Positions 39,791-53,194 of a DNA stretch of 64,000 bases are shown piece by piece (positions within the stretch are counted from its first letter, which is position 1; each line of letters starts with the position of its first letter). Below the pieces are notes generated by a model. That model searched no databases. It had not been told where the DNA came from and saw only the letters and a list, made by a program, of their open reading frames with translations. Position numbers and translations under genes: made by a program. This DNA comes from Thalia democratica (Eukaryota). The stretch lies in NCBI GenBank assembly GCA_965202585.1, contig OZ241827.1, forward strand, positions 12,028,001 through 12,092,000, written 5' to 3'.

Positions 39791-40389
39791 TATTTTTGTT
39801 TTTTCACCTAATTCGCTCATTATTTGTTAGTTATTACAATTTTCTATTAAATGTATAAGTAAATCATTATTAAATTATTCTAACATAAGGGACTTTTTTA
39901 ATATTTAGAAAAAAAACAGAACACAAAGTTTAAATAACTCATACATATTTAGAGCTATTTTTATCAGTAGAATAAAAGCTAACAATTACTTAAATTATTA
40001 AATTGTAACAACTGCAAAATAACAATTGAAACTTATTAAATTTACATACATATAACTAACTCCAGTAAAACAGTAAAACTACAAATCAATAAAATAGAAA
40101 TAAACGCCTAAAGAATTATCACGTATTAGCAAAAGAAAAAACAGTGTAGTCTAAATAAAATTGCTTAAATTGAATTGGGAACAAAAAAAAAATAAATACG
40201 TATTACTATTTCAGCTGCTAAATAAAAATGACAGATTTTTTTGCTGTCTTGGTTTATTTACATTAAACTTCTTGAGCATATCATTTAATATTATTATAAT
40301 AGAATACTCTTGGAAATATAATATATATACCATAAAATCATACATTTATTACTTTTTTTAATAAGCAGTTATATAGTTACTACATTTGT

Positions 40390-40510
40390 TCATCTAAGAG
40401 TTACTCTCTTAGTGAATTTCTTCTTTGTGCTTAAGTAAATGTAAAGTGAAATATTACTTAGGTAGCACTCCTAACATAAATATTTTGTCTAATTATTTTC
40501 CATTAAAAAA
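40390..40510. promoter_or_regulatory. Diverged copy of the shared upstream module, ~0.65 kb 5' of the NAA80-like gene
   Basis: CTTAGGTAGCACTCCTAACATAAA and its flanks match 6697-6810; same orientation relative to the gene. Regulatory function is inferred. Confidence 0.55.
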
Positions 40511-41932
40511 CATTATACCAATAAAACTTTTATAATTTTCTTTGAAGTATTTTAACTTCTGTAACGTTTTTAATACAAAAGTTTCTTGCCTAAATTTAAT
40601 AGTATGTTAAGTTGTATAAACTTTTAATATTTAAAAAGTAATAAAAATATATATAAACCTTACTTTAAATGTGTTAGTAAAAAACCTAAGTTTTGTATGA
40701 TTTTGTTGTCTTTATCATTTTTTTTATCTTACAAAAATTTCAAGTTTGTCAAATTTTAATTCAGATTATAAGTTATAAGCCCTAAGTTAAATTTTAGTTA
40801 TAAACTATTATAAGAGCTAATCCCTAACTAGAGTAAAATGTTTTAACATAATTAAAAGGTTTTTGTTTTTAAAAGAGTATTAAGATTTTAACAGAAATGT
40901 AGAAAAAGTATTTTTAAATTATTAGTTTACATAAAACTCCTACAAAAAAATTGTAACTATCAGAAATAACAATAACTTGAATGGTTTTACCAAAGTTAAT
41001 TTCCTTATCATTCAGATTTATTATTTTTCCAGGGATGCAGTTCAGTCCAGCCTAAGTACATTGTACGTAATAACTTAAAGTACATAAGTAATATTCTAAA
41101 CCAAAAAATAGTACTTTATTATTACAAATATTAATTTAAAACACTAATAATAAGTATAAAACATCCATATATAAAAAAAACACTAAAATTAACACTTGAA
41201 AACTGATTGTAGATAAATACTTAATTTTTTGTAGAAAAAAAAGCCAAGTGAAAAGTTTATTTGAAACCAAAATTTTAAAAGCCATGAAAGATTTTTTTTT
41301 ACAGGACAACATTTTTAAAGAAATGGAGGGCATTAAAAAAAAAAATTATCTAAAATGTTTTTTTAGGTAAATGTTAAAAACATATTTTTATGTGGTTTTA
41401 ATATTAGAGAGAAAGTTAATATAAATTTATAAACTAAAAATTTCTTTCAAAACTTTTTACTATCATGCATCATTTCAGCAGCATGAATAAGATACGCATT
41501 TTTGCAATATTAAATGAAATCAAGGCAAATAAAATAAATATATTTACAAATTAAAAATTATAAAAAGTATGTCTTGTAATTAAAAAAAAAAATCATAGAA
41601 TTTGTTTTTCCAGCGTTATAGAAGGTTTAAACTAGTTATTTCAAAAAACGTACATCGATTGTACTAAAATGCTTCGACCAAAACTTAAAAAAAACTACAC
41701 TTCGAAAAAGAAATAGTAAACTTTTTAGAAAAATTTATTGATTTATAAACTAATAATATTATTATGCACTGTGCAGTTTTTCTATTGATGACAAAGCAAC
41801 AACTATTACTGTGATATTACCAAACACTTTTTCCTGTTTTAACTTAAAATGACATGCTCGATTGATTGTAAAAGAGTTTTCTATTAAAGTGTTTACAGAT
41901 TATGATGTGTACAGATTATGTATAAGATTTTG

Positions 41933-42357
41933 GGGTGCACGACTATTCAAATTCGGACAACTCAAATTCCGACAATTCAAATACTTATAAAAAAAAATTA
42001 AAGGGTTATAACTAAAAAAGTAATGCATATTTGTCAAATATAAAAAATACATATGTAGGTCCTATTAATATCTACAAGCCATTTTTTTTTGCTTTTGCAA
42101 AACATTAAATATTTTTTTAGATATGACTTAAATAATAAAAAAAATATAGTTATCTTAAGTAATTTTGAAATATCTTAAAAAGTATTTAAGATTTCGCAAA
42201 AAGGAAAAAGTTGCTTGTAGGTTTTAATAAGATCTACATACGTTTTTTATATTTAAAAAAAATTATAACAATTTTTGAGATATAGTCTTTTAAATGTTTT
42301 TTCAAGAGTTTGAATTGTCGGAATTTGAGTTGTCCTAATTTGGATTGTCATGTAACC
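41933..42357. mobile_element. Mutator-like foldback MITE
   Basis: ~50-bp TIRs (GGGTGCACGACTATTCAAATTCGGACAACTC...), perfect 9-bp TSD AAGATTTTG (41924-41932 and 42358-42366), and an internal inverted repeat. Confidence 0.85.
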
Positions 42358-42743
42358 AAGATTTTGAACTAATTAAAAAAAATTCTATACCCAATCTACA
42401 TGAAATAGTCTAGTCAACTATTTGAAAAAGTTTATTAGCTTAAAGATGATTGCTTAATTTATCATTTATCATGTAGGGTGATATTTTTATCACCCTAAAT
42501 AGCCTAACTCAGGCAAGAATGAAATTTTTACAAAACTCAGGATAACTCAGGCAAGTTTTTTTTTTTAATTTCCTGTTACTTTTAATACTTCTCGAAAATC
42601 TGAATCTAATTTATTATAAATTTTAACTGATATTTAGTTGTATTTGTTTAATATTTTATCAATAGCTAGATTTCTATTAATTGAGAGGTTTTCTGAAAAC
42701 TTTTTTTAAAATAAATCTATTATTTAAAATATTGTACTATTTA

Positions 42744-43706
42744 TGTATTTAATGGTACTTATCAGTTTTTTTAGTAAATATTTTTTTAATTATTTGATGT
42801 AAAACTTGTTTTGGTAAAAGGAATATTGGTTTTTGATTTAATCTGTGGAATTAAGTAACTCGGTAAAATAGAGTGGGAGGCCCGCAGAATTGTAAATGAC
42901 CAACCGAGTAGCTTTTTAAAAATTTTAGTTAAATCAAGCCCGCGAAAGATAAAGCTGCACCACCGCTAAATCAATTTTATAGCTTTTACTTTATATTCTA
43001 AAATTTTTGATTGAGATTCAAAATAAGATTTTAGTTAGATTTTACGGATCATTTTAAAATTGCATTATTAGTTCAAAATTTGAAAAACTAATTAAAATTC
43101 ATGTTTCTACGAGACAAAATAAACAATTGAGTAATTTTTTTTTGTTTCATTGTTTTACTTTTTGTCTTATTATAAACAACATTTAAAGAAAAGTTACTCT
43201 TCCAGATTAATTGCTAAGTTATAAAAAAACTAAATATAACAATGTCGGAAAAATACAACGATTTGTCCCAAAACAGTAGTGATGACGTTCTACCATTTCT
43301 ACATAATAATGAGCATATGCTTTCATTGGAAGACCAAGACAAAATTCTTTCAAAAATGTGTGATGACGACTTTATTAGACGCGAAATAGAAAGCATTGGT
43401 TCTTTCGCGCTAACTGCAACAAACAGTTTAATGCAAGATGAGCAAAACAGAATAAATATAAACGAGCAAGAAAGTTGTCAGCCCGCTGTGTTTTCTTCGA
43501 CAAATCAAGCTCCTAGCTACACAGTGCAAAATCAATATGAAAATAATCCAAGTTGTGCAAGAGGTCAGCCTTTGTATCAAAATGTTCAGAATTGCACATT
43601 TCAAGCGCACCAAGGTGGCATGCTTAATTACTCAAACTATCATACATTAACTTCTTCTTCTGACTATAGTCTACAACAAAATTGTCAATCAAATACGAAC
43701 AGCTGT
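42744..43706. repeat. 963-bp inverted duplication arm (other arm 52465-53427)
   Basis: Near-identical reverse complement covering the promoter and 5' part of exon 1 of the double-homeobox gene. Confidence 0.95.
43242..43706 (+). pseudogene. Truncated duplicate of exon 1 of the double-homeobox gene
   Basis: MSEKYNDLSQ...QSNTNSC, then it breaks into the tandem array; no homeobox exons follow. Confidence 0.88.
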
Positions 43707-46700
43707 ATTCTATATTCAAAATTGATTTTAAATATTTCATTGAAAAAAAAAGTTAAAAAAGTATAGGATTTATGAAAAAATTGTGAGAAAAAAATAAGTT
43801 ACTGATCAGAAAATGAAAGGACAAAAAAGTGGGCGCTGGACAGCCTGCCTGTTTTATTTCGGCTGCCTGTCCTGCGTACCAAGTTCACGTCCCAGTGGAA
43901 TTACAATCTCCTTCTGAAAAAACGACCTAACAAGGTTTACAATCTAATGCACATCGCGCTAACAGGAGTGCTAGCAGCTAATCGCATTTTTATATACTTG
44001 CGTGGTCGTCCCCATAAAAGAGCAACCACCGGGACTCGAACTCGGGACGCAGGGCCGGCAGTCGCATAAGCAAACCGCTGGGCCATACAGGCGCCCGCCT
44101 GTCTACTCTAATTACTGTATATAAACCATCTATATTCAAAATTGATTTTAAATATTTCATTGAAAAAAAAAGTTAATAAAGTATAGGATTTATTAAAAAT
44201 TGTGAGAAAAAAATAAGTTACTGATCATAAATTGAAAGGACAAAAAAGTGGGCGCTGGACAGCCTGCCTGTTTGTTTTCGGCTGCCTGTCCTGCGTACCA
44301 AGTTCACGTCCCAGTGGAATTACAATTTCCTTCTGAAAAAACGACCTAACAAGGTTTACAATCTAATGCACATCGCGCTAACAGGAGTGCTAGCAGCTAA
44401 TCGCATTTTTATATACTTGCGTGGTCGTCCCCATAAAAGAGCAACCACCGGGACTCGAACTCGGGACGCAGGGCCGGCAGTCGCATAAGCAAACCGCTGG
44501 GCCATACAGGCGCCCGCCTGTCTACTCTAATTACTGTATATAAACCATCTATATTCAAAATTGATTTTAAATATTTCATTGAAAAAAAAAGTTAAAAAAG
44601 TATAGGATTTATTAAAAATTGTGAGAAAAAAATAAGTTACTGATCAGAAATTGAAAGGACAAAAAAGTGGGCGCTGGACAGCCTGCCTGTTTGATTTCGG
44701 CTGCCTGTCCTGCGTACCAAGTTCACGTCCCAGTGGAATTACAATCTCCTTCTGAAAAAACGACCTAACAAGGTTTACAATCTAATGCACATCGCGCTAA
44801 CAAGAGTGCTAGCAGCTAATCGCATTTTTATATACTTGCGTGGTCGTCCCCATAAAAGAGCAACCACCGGGACTCGAAATCGGGACGCAGGGCCGGCAGT
44901 CGCATAAGCAAACCGCTGGGCCATACAGGCGCCCGCCTGTCTACTCTAATTACTGTATATAAACCATCTATATTCAAAATTGTTTTTTAATATTTCATTG
45001 AAAAAAAAAAGTTAAAAAAGTATAGGATTTGTGAAAAAATTGTGAGAAAAAAAGAAGTTACTGATCAGAAATTGAAAGGACAAAAAAGTGGGCGCTGGAC
45101 AGCCTGCCTGTTTGATTTCGGCTGCCTGTCCTGCGTACCAAGTTCAAGTCCCAGTGGAATTACAATCTCCTTCTGAAAAAACGACCTTACAAGGTTTACA
45201 ATCTAATGCACATCGCGCTAACAAGAGTGCTAGCAGCTAATCGCATTTTTATATACTTGCGTGGTCGTCCCCATAAAAGAGCAACCACCGGGACTCGAAC
45301 TCGGGACGCAGGGCCGGCAGTCGCATAAGCAAACCGCTGGGCCATACAGGCGCCCGCCTGTCTAGATCCCAGTGCGTCACATTACAATCTCCTTCTGAAA
45401 AAACGACCTAACAAGGTTTACAATCTAATGCACATCGCGCTAACAAGAGTGCTAGCAGCTAATCGCATTTTTATATACTTGCGTGGTCGTCCCCATCTAA
45501 GAGCAACCACCGGGACTCGAACTCGGGACGCAGGGCCGGCAGTCGCATAAGCAAACCGCTGGGCCATACAGGCGCCCGCCTGTATACTCTAATTACTGTA
45601 TATAAACCATCTATATTCAAAATTGTTTTTTAATATTTCATTGAAAAAAAAAAGTTAAAAAAGTATAGGATTTATGAAAAAATTGTGAGAAAAAAAGAAG
45701 TTACTGATCAGAAATTGAAAGGACAAAAAAGTGGGCGCTGGACAGCCTGCCTGTTTGATTTCGGCTGCCTGTCCTGCGTACCAAGTTCACGTCCCAGTGG
45801 AATTACAATCTCCTTCTGAAAAAACGACCTAACAAGGTTTACAATCTAATGCACATCGCGCTAACAGGAGTGCTAGCAGCTAATCGCATTTTTATATACT
45901 TGCGTGGTCGTCCCCATAAAAGAGCAACCACCGGGACTCGAACTCGGGACGCAGGGCCGGCAGTCGCATAAGCAAACCGCTGGGCCATACAGGCGCCCGC
46001 CTGTCTACTCTAATTACTGTATATAAACCATCTATATTCTAAATTGATTTTAAATATTTCATTGAAAAAAAAAGTTAAAAAAGTATAGGATTTATAAAAA
46101 ATTGTGAGAAAAAAATAAGTTACTGATCAGAAATTGAAAGGACAAAAAAGTGGGCGCTGGACAGCCTGCCTGTTTGATTTCAGCTGCCTGTCCTGCGTAC
46201 CAAGTTCACGTCCCAGTGGAACTACAATCTCCTTCTGAAAAAACGACCTAACAAGGTTTACAATCTAATGCACATCGCGCTAACAAGAGTGCTAGCAGCT
46301 AATCGCATTTTTATATACTTGCGTGGTCGTCCCCATAAAAGAGCAGCCACCGGGACTCGAACTCGGGACGCAGGGCCGGCAGTCGCATAAGCAAACCGCT
46401 GGGCCATACAGGCGCCCGCCTGTCTACTCTAATTACTGTATATAAACCATCTATATTTAAAATTGATTTTAAATATTTCATTGAAAAAAAAAGTTAAAAA
46501 AGTATAGGATTTATTAAAAATTGTGAGAAAAAAATAAGTTACTGATCAGAAATTGAAAGGACAAAAAAGTGGGCGCTGGACAGCCTGCCTGTTTGATTTC
46601 GGCTGCCTGTCCTGCGTACCAAGTTCACGTCCGAGTAGAATTACAATCTCCTTCTGAAAAAACGACCTAACAAGGTTTACAATCTAATGCACATCGCGCT

Positions 46701-49116
46701 AACAGGAGTGCTAGCAGCTAATCGCATTTTTATATACTTGCGTGGTCGTCCCCATAAAAGAGCAACCACCGGGACTCGAACTCGGGACGCAGGGCCGGCA
46801 GTCGCATAAGCAAACCGCTGGGCCATACAGGCGCCCGCCTGTCTACTCTAATTACTGTATATAAACCATCTATATTCAAAATTGATTTTAAATATTTCAT
46901 TGAAAAAAAAAGTTAAAAAAGTATAGGATTTATTAAAAATTGTGAGAAAAAAATAAGTTACTGATCAGAAATTGAAAGGACAAAAAAGTGGGCGCTAGAC
47001 AGCCTGCCTGTTTGTTTCGGCTGCCTGTCCTGCGTACCAAGTTCACGTCCCAGTTGAATTACAATCTCCTTCTGAAAAAACGACCTTTAAGGTTTACAAT
47101 CTTATGCACATCGCGCTAACAAGAGTGCTAGCAGCTAATCGCATTTTTATATACTTGCGTGGTCGTCCCCATAAAAGAGCAACCACCGGGACTTGAACTC
47201 GGGACGCAGGGCTGGCAGTCGCATAAGCAAACCGCTGGGCCATACAGGCGCCCGCCTGTCTACTCTAATTACTGTATATAAACCATCTATATTCAAAATT
47301 GTTTTTTAATATTTCATTGAAAAAAAAAAGTTAAAAAAGTATAGGATTTGTGAAAAAATTGTGAGAAAAAAAGAAGTTACTGATCAGAAATTGAAAGGAC
47401 AAAAAAGTGGGCGCTGGACAGCCTGCCTGTTTGATTTCGGCTGCCTATCCTGCGTACCAAGTTCACGTCCCAGTGGAATTACAATCTCCTTCTGAAAAAA
47501 CGACCTTACAAGGTTTACAATCTAATGCACATCGCGCTAACAAGAGTGCTAGCAGCTAATCGCATTTTTATATACTTGCGTGGTCGTCCCCATAAAAGAG
47601 CAACCACCGGGACTCGAGCTCGAGACGCAGGGCCGGCAGTCGCATAAGCAAACCGCTGGGCCATACAGGCGCCCGCCTGTCTACTCTAATTACTGTATAT
47701 AAACCATCTATATTCAAAATTGATTTTAAATATTTCATTGAAAAAAAAAAAGTTAAAAAAGTATAGGATTTATAAAAAAATTGTGAGAAAAAAATAAGTT
47801 ACTGATCAGAAATTGAAAGGACAAAAAAGTGGGCGCTGGACAGCCTGCCTGTTTGATTTCGGCTGCCTGTCCTGCGTACCAAGTTCACGTCCCAGTGGAA
47901 TTACAATCTCCTTCTGAAAAAACGACCTAACAAGGTTTACAATCTAATGCACATCGCGCTAACAGGAGTGCTAGCAGCTAATCGCATTTTTATATACTTG
48001 CGTGGTCGTCCCCATAGAAGAGCAACCACCGGGACTCGAACTCGGGACGCAGGGCCGGCAGTCGCATAAGCAAACCGCTGGGCCATACAGGCGCCCGCCT
48101 GTCTACTCTAATTACTGTATATAAACCATCTATATTCAAAATTGATTTTAAATATTTCATTGAAAAAAAAAAAGTTAAAAAAGTATAGGATTTATGAAAA
48201 AATTGTGAGAAAAAAATAAGTTACTGATCAGAAATTGAAAGGACAAAAAAGTGGGCGCTGGACAGCCTGCCTGTTTGATTTCGGCTGCCTGTCCTGCGTA
48301 CCAAGTTCACGTCCCAGTGGAATTACAATCTCCTTCTGAAAAAACGACCTAACAAGGTTTACAATCTAATGCACATCGCGCTAACAGGAGTGCTAGCAGC
48401 TAATCGCATTTTTATATACTTGCGTGGTCGTCCCCATAGAAGAGCAACCACCGGGACTCGAACTTGGGACGCAGGGCCGGCAGTCGCATAAGCAAACCGC
48501 TGGGCCATACAGGCGCCCGCCTGTCTACTCTAATTACTGTATATAAACCATCTATATTCAAAATTGTTTTTTAATATTTCATTGAAAAAAAAAAGTTAAA
48601 AATGTATAGGATTTATGAAAAAATTGTGAGAAAAAAAGAAGTTACTGATCAGAAATTGAAAGGACAAAAAAGTGGGCGCTGGACAGCCTGCCTGTTTGAT
48701 TTCGGCTGCCTGTCCTGCTTACCAAGTTCACGTCCCAGTGGAATTACAATCTCCTTCTGAAAAAACGACCTAACAAGGTTTACAATCTAATGCACATCGC
48801 GCTAACAAGAGTGCTAGCAGCTAATCGCATTTTTATATACTTGCGTGGTCGTCCCCATAAAAGAGCAACCACCGGGACTCGAACTCGGGACGCAGGGCCG
48901 GCAGTCGCATAAGCAAACCGCTGGGCCATATAGGCGCCCGCCTGTCTACTCTAATTACTGTATATAAACCATCTATATTCAAAATTGATTTTAAATATTT
49001 CATTGAAAAAAAAAGTTAAAAAATTGTGAGAAAAAAAGAAGTTACTGATCAGAAATTGAAAGGACAAAAAAGTGGGCGCTGGACAGCCTGCCTGTTTGAT
49101 TTCGGCTGCCTGTCCT
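43707..49116 (-). repeat. Tandem array of ~420-bp units (13 tRNA-like heads, one 0.22-kb partial unit at ~45363-45585)
   Basis: Marker GGGACTCGA at about 44031, 44450, 44869, 45290, 45512, 45933, 46352, 46771, 47189, 47610, 48031, 48453 and 48874; few differences between units. Confidence 0.97.
44022..44102 (-). ncRNA. tRNA-derived (SINE2-like) Pol III head, first unit shown, repeated in every unit
   Basis: A box TGGCCCAGCGG (44085-44075), B box/T arm CCGAGTTCGAGTCCCGG, Gly-like loop CTGCCGG, upstream TTTATATA, downstream T4 and T6 runs. The acceptor stem does not pair. Confidence 0.65.
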
Positions 49117-50019
49117 ATTTTACATGTTACTGAAAAATTATAAGTTTCCGTAACAAAAAATGCTCGTTTTTGCCCAGCTGAAATAGATTTCAAATAAAAC
49201 TTTAATTGTGACGTGATAGTAGGTAAAAGTTTAAAAGTAGCATTTTTTCTGGAAACCTTTTTTGAATGATTTATTATCAAGTTTTACATTCTGTTATACT
49301 GGTATTTTAAAAATGTTAAAGTTCAAAACATTTTATTTACCTTAAAAATAAATTATTTCAGCTGTGCTTTTTATTTACTCTGTTCCAAACAAAATATTAG
49401 AATTATTGATAATGCTCGTAAAAATTATGTTCTCAATTGTTTTAGTTAACTGACCTGCATTTTTTGCAAAAACCTCGTCCGGGAATTTTTGTAATATTTT
49501 AGCTGTTTTAGAAGTTAATTTAATTTGATCTTTAAAAAAACATTATAGTAGTTGCAGAATAGTAAAAGTATAAAACAGTTTTTAATAATATGTAATGTTT
49601 AACTACAAATTAGATAAAGTAGTATATTTAAACCAAATAAGTCTTACTGTAGTTTATACAGCAAGTAAAGTTTAAAACAAAAAAAAAAGACTACTTGTAA
49701 AACATCAAACGCGCATTGTTTTAATTAACTATTTGCATTTGGAACGGTTTTAATTTCCGACATGGTAGTTTTATTCCAATAAATAACAGCACTGAAATTT
49801 TAATAGTTTATTACTACAAATAAAAATACAATGACCTTAAAGATTTAATAGAATTCATAACAGTTTATTATAAAATTTATATATGACAAGCTTTTCGTAT
49901 CTGAAAGACATCTAAAAATAATTTTAGTTTTTAACAACATTCTAACTTGTTTACTATTGAACTAAAAGTCTAATATAAAAAAAAACTTGGCAAAATCTAA
50001 AATATATTAGAACTTTCGT

Positions 50020-50200
50020 ATATAAGTTATCGAAATTCGAGTTGCCAAAATTATTAATTTTATCGTCGGAACTTAAGGTTCCTTGTTTAAATTTTTGAAT
50101 TTAAGTTTTTCAAAACTAATTTGTCAGAGTTTAAATTGTCCGAATTTGAGTTGATGTCGGAATATAAATTGTCGGATTTTGAGTTGTCCTAAAGTGAGTT
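50020..50200. mobile_element. Fragments of Mutator-like TIR repeats related to 41933-42357
   Basis: Repeated TTGTCCGAATTTGAGTTG and TTGTCGGATTTTGAGTTGTCCTAA motifs. Confidence 0.5.
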
Positions 50201-50696
50201 TCGAGTTTTAGTTTTCATAATTTAGTTAGTAACGCATCATTTATAGATCATTCCGATTGAGTTGCTCACGTAGGTATAAATAATTGAATAGGTTTTGATT
50301 CGAACAAGAGTATAAATGTGTATTGTTAATCTAAACAAAAATACAAATCAGGTAGATATGAAGTTTATTTCTTTCGAGCATAAGTTCTAAACATAAAAGT
50401 AGTTAAAACAGCAGAAAACAGGTTATGTAGGTATATTTATAATTGAAAAAATATTTATATGGTGTCCATCTTAATATCATTTACAAAACGATAAAATAGT
50501 ATGTAATTAAAAAAAATATGCGTATAGAAAATAACTAAACATATTTTAAAGGTTTGTTCACCATACAATTATTTGTTTTAACACAAATAAAAATCATACT
50601 AGAAGCTAATCAACTTTTAATAAAGTGTTCGAATAATCTTTAACTAAGTAAAGTAGTGACAAAATGAAAAATTAGTTTCAGTAAATACTGTATATA

Positions 50697-52929
50697 TCAT
50701 GCAAGTTCATTTCTTTTAATTTCTTTTCTTTTCTTTTCCTCTTGTCGTTTGTTATTGAACCAACACTGTAAAAAGAAATGTTAGTTAGTCATTTATGTAA
50801 AAACATCAAACTAATTCTTTGAAAGAAGAAGAAAAAATACAACTTCATTATTATATTAAAAGACTAAAGAGGGTTATTATTATTCTTTAAATTAATTGAA
50901 GTATGAATACATAAAATACACTTAAATCTTCCAAGTGTCCTAAAAGCAACTTCTCTCTATCTAAAAACAACATAACAAATAAAAAAAATTTAATCAAATT
51001 CTTTTATATAAAAACAAACTATTTACTCTGCATTTATTTTCAGGCAGGCCAATTTTTTCGACAAGTTGAAAAAACTCTTTTTTGTTTGGTCTTCTATTTT
51101 CCCTGTTAGTTTTTTCGTACAGTTCTTCGAAACATTTCAACTGATGTGAAGTATAGCTGGTGCGGGGTCTAAGTTTTGAAACGTTTTTCATTATAAGTAA
51201 TAGCACTTTTGTTTCAATATATGTTTAAACATACAAACTTAATCTTCATTGTGTGTTGAAAACTAGCTTTGATTGTCAAAAAAACATTTTTTACGTGTTT
51301 TTATAACTTTGAAATTTTTTAATGAAACTCTTACCTTTTCTTATTTTTTTTCGTTTTCTGGTCTATGACACAGGACTCCCTTTCTAAAATACATTATTAG
51401 GTAATTTTTTTTATATGTTATTTATCAAACTTACTTAAATACAAAATTAATATTTTTTTTTAAATCTAGGTAGAAAATATGTTTCAGAAACACTATTGTT
51501 TTTTTGGTCATATTTTTTCAACTTATTTGTTTCAAATACTAGGATAACAAACAAACAAACTATTATTTTCAATGAGTTTAATTTCTTTTGAATAAGTTGC
51601 AAGAAGGTGTTTAAATATTTCCTCATGATTACCTCCCTTAATCTTCTCAACTGCAATACCTTGACTTTTATCTTTATGTATTCTATTTTGAAACCAGGAC
51701 TAAAAAACTTTAAAAATATTAGAGCTTTATAAATTAATTTATTAATTTTTAGTAAAAAAAAGTAAACTTTTATTATTTCTTTTATTACATGAACTTGATA
51801 AAAAAACAAACTTACTGTTAGTTCTCTTTTACTAAGACCAGTTAATTTTCCAAGTTTGTCCCTTTGATCTGGCAGTGGGTGTTTAATTCTTTCATAAAAA
51901 TATTCTAACATTGATGATTGAGAGAATGTTAAGTGTATCCTTTGTCTGTATGTAAAATCATACTTAAACTTTCCGAATTTTCACACATTACATTATTTAA
52001 GTTAATTTTGAAAATTCAAATAAAATAAATTTGTAAACTAGTTAAATTTTCTACTAGTTTAAAGTTTTGAATTTACTAACTTTCGTTTTTTTAGTTTAGA
52101 TTCCTGCTGTTTACATTGTTCGTTGGAATTATCAAATTCAAGTTTTAAATTATTATTTAAAATCAATGCATCGGATGAAGGTTCTGAAACTTTTTGCTGC
52201 AAACACCACTTTCCAAGTTTGGCATCTATGGATGATAAATAATAATTGACTGCTAAGAAAAAAAAAATTTTCAGTTAAAAAATTTAATTAAAGTTTACCT
52301 TTCATAGAGGGGTATGCACGTGGCAGTTGAGCAAAACTATCTGCTTGAGCAGGATTAACCGTTGTTACATTGAAATTATTTGCACAAGAAGGTTTCAGCT
52401 GGATACCATCTTGCAAACAAGTACTCAACTGCTGGTAGTTGTCAAAACATCTGTTTGACTGGTAACAGCTGTTCGTATTTGATTGACAATTTTGTTGTAG
52501 ACTATAGTCAGAAGAAGAAGTTAATGTATGATAGTTTGAGTAATTAGGTATGCCACCTTGTTGCGCTTGAAATGTACAATTCTGAACGTTTTGATACAAA
52601 GGCTGAGCACTTGCAAAACTTGGATAACTTTCATATTGATTTTGCACTGTGTAGCTAGGAGCTTGATTTGTCGAAGAAAACACAGCGGGCTGACAACTTT
52701 CTTGCTCGTTTATATTTATTCTGTTTTGCTCATCTTGCATTAAACTGTTTGTTGCAGCTAGCGCGAAAGAACCAATGCTTTCTATTTCGCGTCTAATAAA
52801 GTCGTCATCACACATTTTTGAAAGAATTTTGTCTTGGTCTTCCAATGAAAGCATATGTTCATCATTATGTAGAAATGGTAGAACGTCATCACTACTGTTT
52901 TGGGACAAATCGTTGTATTTTTCCGACAT
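50697..52929 (-). CDS. Double-homeodomain transcription factor, 7 exons, 443 aa (410 aa with the alternative exon-4 donor)
   Basis: Exons 52929-52299, 52252-52081, 51945-51816, 51699-51561 (or -51660), 51383-51335, 51168-51027 and 50765-50697 are all in frame. HD1 RKQRIHLTFSQSSMLEYFYERIKHPLPDQRDKLGKLTGLSKRELT|SWFQNRI; HD2 KKRPRTSYTSHQLKCFEELYEKTNRENRRPNKKEFFQLVEKIGLPENKCR|CWFNNKRQ. Confidence 0.88.
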
Positions 52930-53194
52930 TGTTATATTTAGTTTTTTTATAACTTAGCAATTAATCTGGAAGAGTAACATTACTTTAAATGTTGTTTATA
53001 ATAAGACAAAAAGTAAAACAATGAAACAAAAAAAAATTACTCAATTGTTTATTTTGTCTCGTAGAAATATGAATTTTAATTAGTTTTTCAAATTTTGAAC
53101 TAATAATGCAATTTTAAAATGATCCGTAAAATCTAACTAAAATCTTATTTTGAATCTCAATCAAAAATTTTAGAATATAAAGTAAAAGCTATAA

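Noticed and set aside
43214-43613. Antisense ORFs over exon 1 (also 52558-52957)
   Set aside because: Shadows of the duplicated coding exon.
44022-44102. Functional tRNA-Gly(GCC) genes
   Set aside because: The acceptor, D and anticodon stems do not pair; only the A/B boxes and T arm are kept.
43707-49116. 5S rDNA, spliced-leader or snRNA array, or CRISPR
   Set aside because: No 5S, SL/Sm-site or U-snRNA sequence was recognised. The units are wholly repeated with no unique spacers, and the context is eukaryotic.
48951-49280. 109-aa ORF at the array end
   Set aside because: It spans the repeat junction, uses low-complexity codons and has no motif.
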